A stretch of DNA of 53,306 nt, counting the filler, from Jimgerdemannia flammicorona (lineage: Eukaryota): NCBI GenBank assembly GCA_003990765.1. It is 3 parts of 3 records of this genome, joined end to end, with 100 filler letters (N's around TTAATTAATTAA, not from the genome) between each part and the next. Parts side by side here need not be neighbours in the genome. Positions count along the whole stretch, not along the records: positions 1 to 17,704 come from RBNJ01002443.1; 2 more parts are not named here. The stretch is one strand, 5' to 3'. Positions 1 to 10,599 of the stretch are shown here, piece by piece (position 1 is the first letter of the stretch; each line of letters opens with the position of its first letter). The translations under genes and the position numbers were made by a program. A model generated the notes under the pieces. The model did no database searches, was not told the DNA's origin, and saw nothing but the letters and a program-made list of their open reading frames with translations.

Positions 1-1192
1 TTTTTGTTTGTTTTGTTTTACAGACTCAGTGTCTCACGGATTTTTATTGGAAGAGAACCTAGACTATATAGGCCAAAACCCTCCCCCACCACCTATCAAG
101 CACTGCCCCCCCATTAACCTAGGCTAGCTATTGTCCAGCAGCTCAACTATGCCAGGTGCAACAGGGCTTAGTTGGCCCATACCTCATTCTGTATACTATG
201 CTCTCTCTACCACCAGGGAAAACCCAGCCATATGTCAATGACCAAAAGTGCATGCCCGAGAACCCAACATATGTACAAGGTCATGCTCGAGCTGAATAGA
301 ATAGCCCCTGCCACTCCAAAGAGAATAACAGGCAAAGAAAAAACCCCTATCAAAGCACAACATAGTGGGTAGGGCCTGGTTCTCTCAGTCAAGATGAGTA
401 AAGAACTTATACATAAGGTGGGAGGAGACCCCCAATACCCCACTACTCAAGCTTGTGGGCCTCAATCACGTTACCATATCAGCTCTCAGTTCCAGTTGAG
501 TGTAGCCAAGACACTTGAAATGGGTAGCCTCAGGCCCCCCGACCCCCCCTGACAACTGAGGCCCAATCCACCAAATCACCAAAAAGAAGCCAAGAGTGAC
601 ACCTACCACCTAACTATACTGTATCAATCAAAAGGCCCTACTGAAGTAGTACCTGCCTTAGCCTCGATAATTACCCCCAGTCTGGCACCCTACTGGTTCA
701 CCATTATTGCCCTTCCTCTTATCTGTGATGGCCATCTCCCCTCCCATTCCAACAATACCTGAAAAGCAGTCACCTATATCAGAACCATACTCACCAGGAA
801 GCTCACCAAAGCTAGAGGGCCCCACCACAGGCACCAAGGACCTACAGGTAACCTATACTGAGCACTTGATACCTAAGGTCAGCCGACTCCCTACATAGCC
901 TGAGACATACTGAGACAGCACCTTGTTGGCGATAGCAAAAGGAAGAAGATACCACACCAAAATGGATATACTCCAGATGTAGCCAAAGGTATCAGAAACT
1001 ATGAAAAAGTAGAGAAGACACCAATCTGACACTGATAAAGGGGCAACTCATCACCATTGCTCTCCTCCTGCCATGCCCATACAGGCACAGCAAACCAACC
1101 TGAGGTGGAGGGGGTAATAATAGGGAAAAGAGACTCAGAAGATTACCTACCAAATCTTGTAACCAGTAAGATAGTGGAGAAAGGAGTAGTGA
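1..1192 (-). mobile_element. Decayed short LINE-like (possibly non-autonomous) element
   Basis: T-rich tract at 1-20 (A-rich tail on minus strand). The minus strand is G-rich like the LINEs at 26626-35506. 691-1192 aligns with 35607-36111 and both similarities stop at the same point. Confidence 0.45.
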
Positions 1193-1199
1193 TAAGGAA

Positions 1200-4100
1200 T
1201 CTCTATAATGATAAGCTTTATTACTATATCAATAAGGTTTATAAGAATTGTGTCAAATATTAAGTAGTAAAAAAGAGAGAACATAAAAAGCAAAGAGAGG
1301 GAGTTTGGATAGGAATTTTGTATATTATAATATTGGTAAAGAGTGGATTTCCCAGAGTTTTTTCTGAAATCCTCTGCATTTATCTCCTTTTTTTCAAGAT
1401 TTTCTTTACTAATCTATTTTTGTTAAATTTTTAAAGATATATAGAATTATATATCCTTATTAGAACTTTAGAAGTACTATTAAAAACAAGCTGTATGTAA
1501 GTATGATACAGCCTATATAGTGATGGTGGCTATGATCTGGAGTTCTTTAAGTAAATTGCTAGAGCAAATAGTAGACCAGCTTGGTGGTGCTCTTGGTATA
1601 GCTATATATATATTCTTGATACAATTTAGTGTACTATATGAGATGAGAAGCTTAACTTTTTTTTGGTATAACCTGAGGGTTTCTGTCCCCTATATACAAA
1701 AAAGATTGACCAGATGCTGTCTATTTTAGTAGGTTTCTAAGTTAGAGCTCTCAGGGCTAGATGAAGAGTAGGTATCCTTTAGTATTATCTGACAATATAA
1801 GGTCCTGAGCTAAGGGTTCACCCAACTATATACTCACATTATATTGAGATACATTGGGTGCAATATTTCTCTACCTATATATATAAACAATAATATTACT
1901 CTAGTAATATTTTATATTCTGAAAAAGAAGAGCCCAACTTGAGAGAACAGTAGTAGTATCTGATATAACCTCATCTATGGTTTTGAGGTCCTGTTTGTGA
2001 CCAATACAGCCATCCTATTCCAACTATATACATGTAATCTCTATAGTACTGTCACCTTTGAGGAGAGCTCAGATAATACAGTCATCATACTCACAATAAA
2101 TGATAGACTCATCAAGGTCTAGAACTAGTGAGTGGAGCAGTTTTGTAAATATTAGGCTAGGCAGCCTTTTGTGAAAGTTAGGCAGTCTTCTGTGAAGATT
2201 ATGCAGTCAGACACCTCTTATTTTATAGTACTAGTTTTAGCTTTTTGATAGACTCTACTGGCCCCTTGGTCCTACTTTATAGTACTACTAGTACAGTACT
2301 GTAGTGCAGAATCAGGATACCTATAGGGCCTAAATCTGCACTAAAGTCTAATCTACACTAGAGTCTGATCTGTGCTGGAGTCTGACTGCTTGAAGTTGCT
2401 TCTTACAGTGGGTTGTTGGGCTGCAAATTCTGCATACTCTCTCTGATCTAGACTTCTATACCAACTTACAGCTTGGGGCTGTCCCTTACTGCTGGTAGAG
2501 GGCCATAAATTTTATATGCTCTCTCTGTTAACCCCACTGACCTCTACTCCACTCTTGTTTTATAATACTAGTTTTAGCTTTTTTCTAAGCTTTACTAGCC
2601 CCTTAGTCCTGCTTTGTAGTACTACTGGTACAGTACTGTGATGTAGAGCCAGAGTGCTTATGAGGCCTGAATCTATATTAGAGTCTGATCTATACTGGAG
2701 TCCAATCTGTGCTAGAGTCTGACTACTTGAAGTTACTTCTTATAGTACATACTTTCTAATCTGAACTCCTATACTAACTTGTAGCTTGGAGTTACCCCTT
2801 ACTACTGGCAGAGAGCTATAAATTTTACACACTTTCTCTATCAACCCTACTGACCTCCATCCCACTTAGGCTGATAAGGGACTATAAATACTGATATACT
2901 CTCTCTATCTGTTATCTTATACTCTGAGCTGAGCTCTTTTTTTTTTTTTTTTAAAATAATATACAAAAAATAATTTTTTTTTGCTTTTTTTTTATAATAA
3001 TATACAAAAAATAATTTATTTCTGACTTTTTTTTATTTAATACTATAGAACTCACTCAATTTTAGTGGCCTGTATTCCATCAAGACTTTAGGTATATACA
3101 TATAAGCCCAGATTACCTTAGCATTCAGTATATATCTCTTAGGGGAAATGAGATCTACTCTACCAGAGAACACTCACTTAACTAGAGCACTAGTGACAGA
3201 AATAGTAAGGTAGTCCTAAACCATACCACACAGGCTGGGAAAGTCTGTTTGATGCATCTGTGGCTGCTCACCCTGAGGGGTAGAATAGTGGTTAGAATGG
3301 TAGATAAAATTGACCAAATCTCACCAACTATTTGTAGAAAAACAACCTACCTTCTATCAGTTGAGTATCTCTATACTCTCTAGCTGGATTATGCAGTCAC
3401 TGATAAGGTAAATAGTGAGTTCATCTATTGATGATAGTTCTTTTACTAATGGCTCTCTCTTCCTCTTTCTATTAAAGTAAATATATGATAGAAGTGATTC
3501 TTTAGCATATTTGTCTAGACTTTGACTGAAACCTTATAGTGGTATATAGTATTCCAGTATGTTTCAATTATGACTTACTTGGCTTCCTCAATATAGTACT
3601 GCTCCCAGCTCTGATCTTTATAGTATTGTAGTTTTAAGTTTGAATCCAATACTGTTTTGAGAAAGAGAGTGAGATTTATGAGAGTTTCTCTTTTTTAGAA
3701 GAAATAACTACTATACTAATATATCTGTACTAATTGAGTATATAGTGGTATCTATTTTGGAGTAGTATTTTCTAAACTTGCTCAGAGCAACCTCTATAGT
3801 ATCTCTCTAATTTGGGCTAAAAAAAAAATCATTACTACTCTCTAGCCTTTTCTTGAGCTTACCCTTTAGTTAATTAATTAAAAGATTATATATTAGTATG
3901 GCAAAGCTTATTGTTAAGATAGTTTGTTTGACTATATTCTTTATATAATTTTCAAAACACTAGTAGTTAAGAATGATGAATTATTATATTTCTATATAGA
4001 GATAGAGCCAAAGCAATTATCACTTACTTTTAAAACTCTGATAACATTCCTTAATATATTTCACTTACTTTTATCTATAGCCTCACCCTGCATTTCCTTG

Positions 4101-5700
4101 TTAGCAGTAATTATGAAATCTATTGGCTTTTTTTTTTTTTAAAAAAAAAAAAAATTCTATTTTGATAATTCTCAGTCATTTGAAACAATTTGCTTCAGCC
4201 AACTAAAAAAAGAGTACATACTATAGCAAACTCCAGTATATGCTAGATTATTGCAAATATTGAGTTTTAATATATATAGACATCCAATATCAGCTCTTTC
4301 AAGACTAAACTGATTACTCTATACTATATAGCAAATTTGTCTTATCATTATAGAGATGATTAGACCAATATAACCAGTTTATATAACTTGGAAAAAATAC
4401 TCAGAATTCCTTCACTTTCAGATGTTTTATCTATATATATAAAATAATCCTAAACAACAAGGTTCAGTATATAGGTCTAATAATATATATGATAGTTTTC
4501 TGTACTGAAGGCTGCATTTTTCTATTAAAGACTAACTGCTAAATTTCAGAAAAATATTAAGTTATTTGTAGTATTGTCTGTTATAATGGCCAAAATCTGT
4601 ACTTGAAATTTTCAGTTAGTAAATTTATATAAAAATAAATAACTATTAAAATCTATTTTATTTTAAGACTTCTCTCAAAATACTGATCAGATAGCAAGCC
4701 CTCTCTTTTTATCTTAGTTGTGATCCCAAACTCTTAGATATAATTAATAAAAGTATCTGCAATATTTTCTCTAGAATAAGGATCAGTAAGTTTGATGAAG
4801 TCATGAGTAAGAGATTTAAGTTATTAATTGAAGTCAATCTAATAATTAGTAATATCTAAAAATGAAATTATATTAGAGAATATCTATATATTGATTATAA
4901 ATGAAATTCTGCTTACTGAATTCTATTTATTAAATATGAGATTAAATTAGTGAGCTCTTTATATATATATATATATAATTTAGCTTATAATAGTTATGAT
5001 ATTATTCTTATTTATTTATTTTATCTAAAGTATTTGATAAAGGTTAATATGTTTCTTCCTATTGGCCTTCAGGATATCTTTATAAATAGTGTCAGTACTT
5101 AGTAGATATAGATTATACTTGAGAAGGCCAAAGATACTATGTAATTGATCACTTTTGATAGTTGTAAATAGTTAGTCTATATATATAATCTAGTAAATGA
5201 GTTAATTTTGAAATTCTACTAAAGAATATAGCTAAATATTTTTGATTAAATAAGATTATTAATATAGAAATAATCAGGCAATTAGATAAATATATCCACC
5301 ATAGCTTGGATATTAATTTTATTTATTTCTATATTTTTTTTAATTTTGTTAGAGTATTTGTCTTTTATATATTGATATATATTTGAAGTTGAATCACTAA
5401 GTATTTTGAACTTCAAGCTATATAGTATAAAGAGATTGATAGAAACAACATCATATATATATTAAATAAAAGTATCAGTTATATCATAAATATATTTTCT
5501 TTTTTTAATTTTTTACCTATAATAATTACAAATAATATCATCTCTAGTCTTAGTATAATATTACCAGATTTTGAAATGAGGATTGTATAGAAAGTGTAGA
5601 ACTATTAAGAATATTTGACTTGAAGTATTAAACTATTGAAGACTAATCTATTGATATATATGTTTGTATATTTATATGTATGTTTTTGCATAAGTATATA
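1200..5700. other. AT-rich, CpG-depleted relic repeat DNA, family not assignable
   Basis: Almost no CpG, many TAG/TA, no long ORF; same decay pattern as the identifiable old TEs. Confidence 0.35.
2222..2860. repeat. Tandem duplication (~320-bp units, ~2222-2545 and ~2559-2860) with internal ~18-bp subrepeats
   Basis: Both units start TTTATA(G/A)TACTAGTTTTAGCTTTTTT and share ATCTRYRCTRGAGTCYR subrepeats; they differ mostly by transitions. Confidence 0.7.
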
Positions 5701-5707
5701 TATTTTC

Positions 5708-5733
5708 ATATATATATATATATATATATATAT
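5708..5733. repeat. (AT)n microsatellite
   Basis: Directly visible perfect AT run. Confidence 0.85.
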
Positions 5734-5817
5734 TTGTATATATGTATATTATATATATAGATATATCTAGTATATAAGTCATATAGAGAATTCAGATTAG
5801 AGGATTTGGATTGAAGG

Positions 5818-6154
5818 AGAGGAGGAGGAAGGCCCAGTGGGAGCCAAGGGTGCGAACCCAGAGCCAGTGTCAAAGCGAACGGAAGACATGTGGAAGAGCG
5901 TGTATAAGGGGGACGAACAAAGAACATAACCGAAAATGTATCAGCCGTTTATTGCCACGTAAAAATGCGGTCCTTATATACAAAATACGACGTCCCAAAA
6001 GGGAGGATGCGCCACAACTCGGGGCGAACCGAATTAGGAACCACATGACCGCCAGAGATAGGCAGAGATAAGAGGAGAGCCAATCCCAGTTGCAGGATAA
6101 AAATCACAAACAAACACAAATAAAACAAATCCAAATCGAGATTAAAAAACATCC
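5818..6154 (-). repeat. 337-bp inverted arm (A'), reverse complement of 6306-6642 and 9964-10300
   Basis: Base-by-base reverse-complement match from AGAGGAGGAGGAAGG to GATTAAAAAACATCC; the few differences are transitions. Confidence 0.95.
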
Positions 6155-6642
6155 TTGCCCCCTCCGGGGTCTCGCGCTCGCTCCGGGGTCTCGGCCTTAC
6201 TCCGCTCCCCTCCGCTGCCTTCGGCCCCTCGCTTCACTTGGGCTCGCTGCGGCTCGCTCCATTTCGGCCTCACCCCTCGCTCGCGCTCACCCCTCTGGGG
6301 TCTGCGGATGTTTTTTAATCTCGATTTGGATTTGTTTTGTTTGTGTTTGTTTGTGATTTTTATCCTGCAACTGGGATTGGCTCCCCTCTTATCTCTGCCT
6401 ATCTCTGGCGGTCATGTGGTTCCTAATTCGGTTCGCCCCGAGTTGTGGCGCGTCCTCCCTTTTGGGACGTCGTATTTTGTATATAAGGACCGCATTTTTA
6501 CATGGCAATAAACAGCTGATGCATTTTCGGTTACATTCTTTGTTCGTCCCCCTTATACACGCTCTTCCACATGTCTTCCGTTCGCTTTGACACTGGCTCT
6601 GGGTTCACACCCTTGGCTCCTGCTGGGCCTTCCTCCTCCTCT
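6140..6642 (+). repeat. 5' pseudo-LTR (15-bp stem + 151-nt loop L + arm A); includes ORF1 start
   Basis: Direct repeat of 9798-10300; differences are CpG>TpG/CpA changes. Confidence 0.95.
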
Positions 6643-7788
6643 GCTGTACCGCCTGCCCTCGGGGCCTCCGTCCTCATCGACGAGCTCATGGATGAGGTAC
6701 TTCCTCCTCCTCCTCCCCCTGCCTTCACCCCCGCCACTGTCTCCTTTGAGACCTATGTCTCGTCTGCCATCCTTTCCCTCCCCCTGGACCTTTGTCCTTC
6801 TGGTCGTCCGCTCCTCTCCCAGTTCCGGTCAGTTCTTGCCCTCTCCGCCAAGGAGGCTCGTCTCCGCCATGACATCGACGTCGTCGCTCCGCCCGCCGTC
6901 CGCTACTCCATTCTCCCCGAGGCCCGCCGCCAAGCCCTCTCTGAAGAGGTTCGTGCCGCCACCGCCGCCACCAAACTCGCCGCCGCTGACGCCACCGCTG
7001 CTTCTGCCGCCGCCGCCTCCACCACCTTCCAACGTGCCTGTGCTGCTTTCGTGGCCTTCGCCTCCTCCTGCCTTTCAGATGCCGCCCCCTTCTGTGGCTT
7101 TGCCATCCACGAGGTTCCTTCGGTCGCCGCCGACATCGACGCTGTGCGTCGCTTCCTCCTTGCCGGCACTTCCTTTGTCGCTCATCTTCACGAGCAGGAG
7201 TCATCACGTGCTGCCGCTGCTGCTCGCGCTGCCGCCACTGCTCCCCTCCCCGCCTCCCCTGAGGTTTCGGTCTCCGAGGCCATCCGCACCGAAGCTCGTG
7301 CTGCTGCTCGTGCCGAGGTTCGTTCCTTCGCTGCCGCCGCTACCAAGGCCCCCTCCAAGACCCCCGCCAAGACCCCCACCAAGCCCAACCAGGCTTCGTC
7401 GGCCTCTTCTCGGTCCCCCTCTCCCGCCAAGGCTTCCTCCTCCATTCCCCCTGCCCCCAAGCGTGGCCGCCAACTTGGTTCTCACCCCATTGGGGCCTGG
7501 CCTTGCGCTGTCTGCTCCGGTCGCCTCCACCGTGCCTACTGGCACCCGGCCAAGTCTGTCTGTCCTCATGGTGGTGTTCCTCGCGCTGCTGCCCCTTCGG
7601 CTGCTCACTTGCCTTCGGCCTCCTCTGCTGGTTCCTCCTCCGCCTCCTCCACCCATGCCCCTGAATGTAAGGGCTGCACGAAAGCCTGTGGCCGCAAGGT
7701 CTGGTACTCTGACGGGGTGTGCTCCCATTTGTCGGGCTCGCCACCTTCAAAAAAAGTCAGAGAGAAGGGGAAGGCCTCCCGCTCTTAA
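6571..7788 (+). CDS. PLE ORF1, 405 aa, Ala-rich helical middle, Pro/Ser/Lys linker, two C-terminal Cys/His knuckle-like motifs
   Basis: Intact ATG-to-TAA ORF; motifs CAVC..WH....VCPH and CKGC..WY...VCSH; TATA-like TATATAA at 6480-6486 upstream. Confidence 0.75.
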   Translation: MSSVRFDTGSGFTPLAPAGPSSSSAVPPALGASVLIDELMDEVLPPPPPPAFTPATVSFETYVSSAILSLPLDLCPSGRPLLSQFRSVLALSAKEARLRHDIDVVAPPAVRYSILPEARRQALSEEVRAATAATKLAAADATAASAAAASTTFQRACAAFVAFASSCLSDAAPFCGFAIHEVPSVAADIDAVRRFLLAGTSFVAHLHEQESSRAAAAARAAATAPLPASPEVSVSEAIRTEARAAARAEVRSFAAAATKAPSKTPAKTPTKPNQASSASSRSPSPAKASSSIPPAPKRGRQLGSHPIGAWPCAVCSGRLHRAYWHPAKSVCPHGGVPRAAAPSAAHLPSASSAGSSSASSTHAPECKGCTKACGRKVWYSDGVCSHLSGSPPSKKVREKGKASRS

Positions 7789-9803
7789 ACTTCCCCCCGG
7801 CGTGGTTCTCCCCCGGTGTCCCCATCCCTTCTCGGATTCCGTCGTCGCTTCTGGTGTGCCCTGAGTGGTTCCTCATGTTGTCCCCCCTTCGTCTTTCCCA
7901 GTTGCTTGTCCCGAACTTTCAGGTTTATTCTTCTCTTGGAACACTTTTGTCTCCTCCTTTTTCTTCAGCTGACTGCCCCCTTTCTCCCCTTCAAGTCTTT
8001 GCCTTATCCTTGGGTCCTCGCTTTGTTTTTCCTGCGACTCCCTCACAATTCTCCTTCACTGATCCGGCTCGTCTAACACATTTTCGTCGTGCTCTTGACC
8101 TTGCCATCTTCTTTCATGATCGTGGTGAGATGCCCTCTCGCTATTTTGTTCCTAGCGATTGGGTCCCCCCTCCCAATGTCTCTTCACACTGCGTATTCCT
8201 CGACATGGCTTGCTCACTGTCCATTCCTGGACGAGCTCGCTCTTGCTTGGTTTCGGACCGTGCCATGTGTACTGCGCTTAAATCGGTCAAGCAATTGCCT
8301 ATGCATTTGCTCACAGTCACTGATAAGAATCAAGGTTTTGCGCTTATTCCTAAGTTGCTCTACCTTGATGGCCTTTCTGCCCTCCTTCGAGCCACGGCTT
8401 ACGAGCCTAGTGCTCTTGGATTGGATGAGGTTCTTGCCCTTCTTTAGGTTTCTCTGGCTCATGCTAGATCGCTTTCGGATTCCCCATTCGCGAACCCTAT
8501 TTTTAATTTCTTCCAAGACTCTTTGTCCTCTCCGGATATTTCTCTTCCGGTTTTCTATGCTCTTTCTAAAGTTCATAAGCCTACTTTGGCTTGGCATCCT
8601 ATCACGGCTGCTTACAGTTCGCCTACCACCGAGATTTCTAAGTGGTTATCCCACTTCTTTCTCTCCTGGATGGCTCTTTTACAACACCGTCTTGGGCCTG
8701 AGTATTCTATTCTTCGTGATACTCAGGAGCTCGCCCTTCTCTGCTCCACCATTGTGCCTGTTCACCATTTTTCCCATTTGGCCTCTGGTGACTTCTCTTC
8801 TTTCTATACTGCTATTCGTTTCGATGAGATCGATAATTGCCTTCGCTTCTTGGGTTCCTTGGTTTTTCCTTTGGATTCCCCTGTTTCGCTGGCTTCCATT
8901 GTTGAGCTTACGCTCCTCGTCTGCGGCTCTAATTACTTTGAGTTGGCCCTTGGCTCCTTTCACCAGACTTCTGGTATTGCCATGGGAACGAATTGCGCCC
9001 CCACCCTTGCCAACCTTGTTGGTCTGGCCCATGAATTGCGTGCATTATGTGATATTACTTCACCTCTTTCCATTGCATTCCGGGCTGGGGATATTTTCTT
9101 TCGCCGATACATTGATGACTTTATTGTCTTCGCTGTTGCTGGTGTTGATATCCCTAGTGTGTTCCTGGGCATCTACCCTCCCCACCATTCTATTACTTGG
9201 GTGTGCGGTATGACTAGTATTCCCTTTTTGGACCTTTCCATTTCTCTTTCTCCTTTCCGAACTGTTGTTTATTCTCGTTTTCCCCGTTCCCAACAGTTCC
9301 CTGACTTCTTGTCCAATCATCCTCGTCGCACTCTTCTTGAATGTGTTCGGGGTGAGGCTCGTCGTCTTGCATTATGCTGCTCCCGTCATTCTGATTGGGT
9401 GTCTGCTGTTCGGGTTCTTGGCAACTTCGTGGTCCATCGTCGTGCCTACCCTATTTCTATCATTCGTGATCTGCTTGCCTCTGTTGAATGGTCTGTTGTT
9501 CACTCTACCCTCCTCTCTCCTCTTTATCCCCCCTCCCTTCCCTCTCTCCCCCCTTATCCTCTCCATACCCCCTCTTCTTTCCCACCCCTGATTCTTGTCA
9601 TACCATTTGATCGTGCTCGCTGGGTTGCTCAACACCCTGATACCATCCTGCGCTCTTCTCTTTCACGCCATGGACTTTCATCTCTTTCCCGACGCCCTCT
9701 GATTGCTTGTTCGCATCTTCCTTCTATTTCTTCTTCAATCCATCGCTCTCGTTTTGTGTTTTCGTCACCTTCTGGTGCCTCCGGTTCTGCTGGAGAGGAT
9801 TAA
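7749..9803 (+). CDS. PLE ORF2 reverse transcriptase (one in-frame TAG at 8445-8447; no endonuclease domain)
   Basis: ORFs 7719-8447 and 8523-9803 are in the same frame. Motifs TDKNQG, YALSKVHK..HPI, GDFSSFYTAI, NYF..QTSGIAMGTNCAPTLANL, RYIDD, IPFLDL, SNHP..GEARR...CS are those of Penelope/Athena/Coprina-type RT. The ORF ends without GIY-YIG motifs. Confidence 0.9.
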
Positions 9804-10300
9804 AAAACATCCTTGCCCCCTCCGGGGTCTCGCGCTCGCTCCAGGGTCTCGGCCTTACTCCGCTCCCCTCCGCTGCCTTCGGCCCCTCGCTTCGCTCGGG
9901 CTCGCTGCGGCTCGCTCCGTTTCGGCCTCACCCCTCGCTCGCACTCACCCCTCCGGGGTCTGCGGATGTTTTTTAATCTCGATTTGGATTTGTTTTGTTT
10001 GTGTTTGTTTGTGATTTTTATCCTGCAACTGGGATTGGCTCCCCTCTTATCTCTGCCTATCTCCGGCGGTCATGTGGTTCCTAATTCGGTTCGCCCCGAG
10101 TTGTGGTGCATCCTCCCTTTTGGGACATTGTATTTTGTATATAAGGACCGCGTTTTTACGTGGCAATAAATGGCTGATGCATTTTCAGTTACGTTCTTTG
10201 TTCGTCCCCCTTATACACGCTCTTCCACATGTCTTCCGTTCGCTTTGACACTGGCTCTGGGTTCGCACCCTTGGCTCCCGCTGGGCCTTCCTCCTCCTCT
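9798..10300 (+). repeat. 3' pseudo-LTR
   Basis: Direct repeat of 6140-6642; the RT stop codon TAA (9801-9803) lies in its first bases. Confidence 0.95.
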
Positions 10301-10599
10301 ATTCAAAGCAAGACCCAATACGAGGAGATTGATCAAGACATAGAGTTAGATGAGGCTGCCCGCCAAATTATCGAAGGTACTACTCCAGTCTCAGGAGAAA
10401 GCGAGAGCAAGATGGAACAGAAGCTGCACAAGACCAAGATCTACCAGTATGACATCTACAAGGACCTTAAGGAACAGAAGGTCAATGCCACTTTTGGGCA
10501 GTTAGCTGAAGTCTCTACCTTCAGACAGCAGTTGAGAGTAGGACTTGCAACTACTATCAAGAATCAAGAGTACAAGATTGTAGAAGCTCACAATGTATA
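10301..10599 (+). mobile_element. Probable Gypsy gag/protease-linker fragment between the PLE and the LTR
   Basis: Open frame with YDIYKDLKEQKVNATFGQL, resembling the pre-protease segment of fungal Gypsy polyproteins (recognition from memory only). Confidence 0.4.

Larger units (their letters stand above)
5818..10300 (+). mobile_element. Penelope-like retroelement (PLE) without GIY-YIG endonuclease, two ORFs, pseudo-LTRs plus inverted terminal arm
   Basis: PLE-type RT motifs in ORF2; 503-bp direct repeats 6140-6642 and 9798-10300; 337-bp inverted arm 5818-6154; CpG largely retained, so young. Confidence 0.88.

Noticed and set aside
5780..5830. Telomeric repeats at the PLE junctions
   Set aside because: No tandem TTAGGG-like array at either end; only a short (GGA)n that belongs to the element.
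6140..6642. Hammerhead ribozyme in the pseudo-LTR
   Set aside because: No CTGANGA...GAAA core seen by eye on either strand; the nearest is CTGATGC at 6516-6522. A covariance-model search could still find a variant.
6587..9213. Long alternative-frame and antisense ORFs (6587-7864, 8089-9213, 7204-7728 etc.)
   Set aside because: Expected by-products of an A-poor, C/T-rich strand with few stop codons; low-complexity translations without motifs.
5818..10300. DIRS/Ngaro element or DNA transposon, suggested by the inverted repeats
   Set aside because: No tyrosine recombinase, RNase H or DDE transposase; RT motifs are PLE-type.
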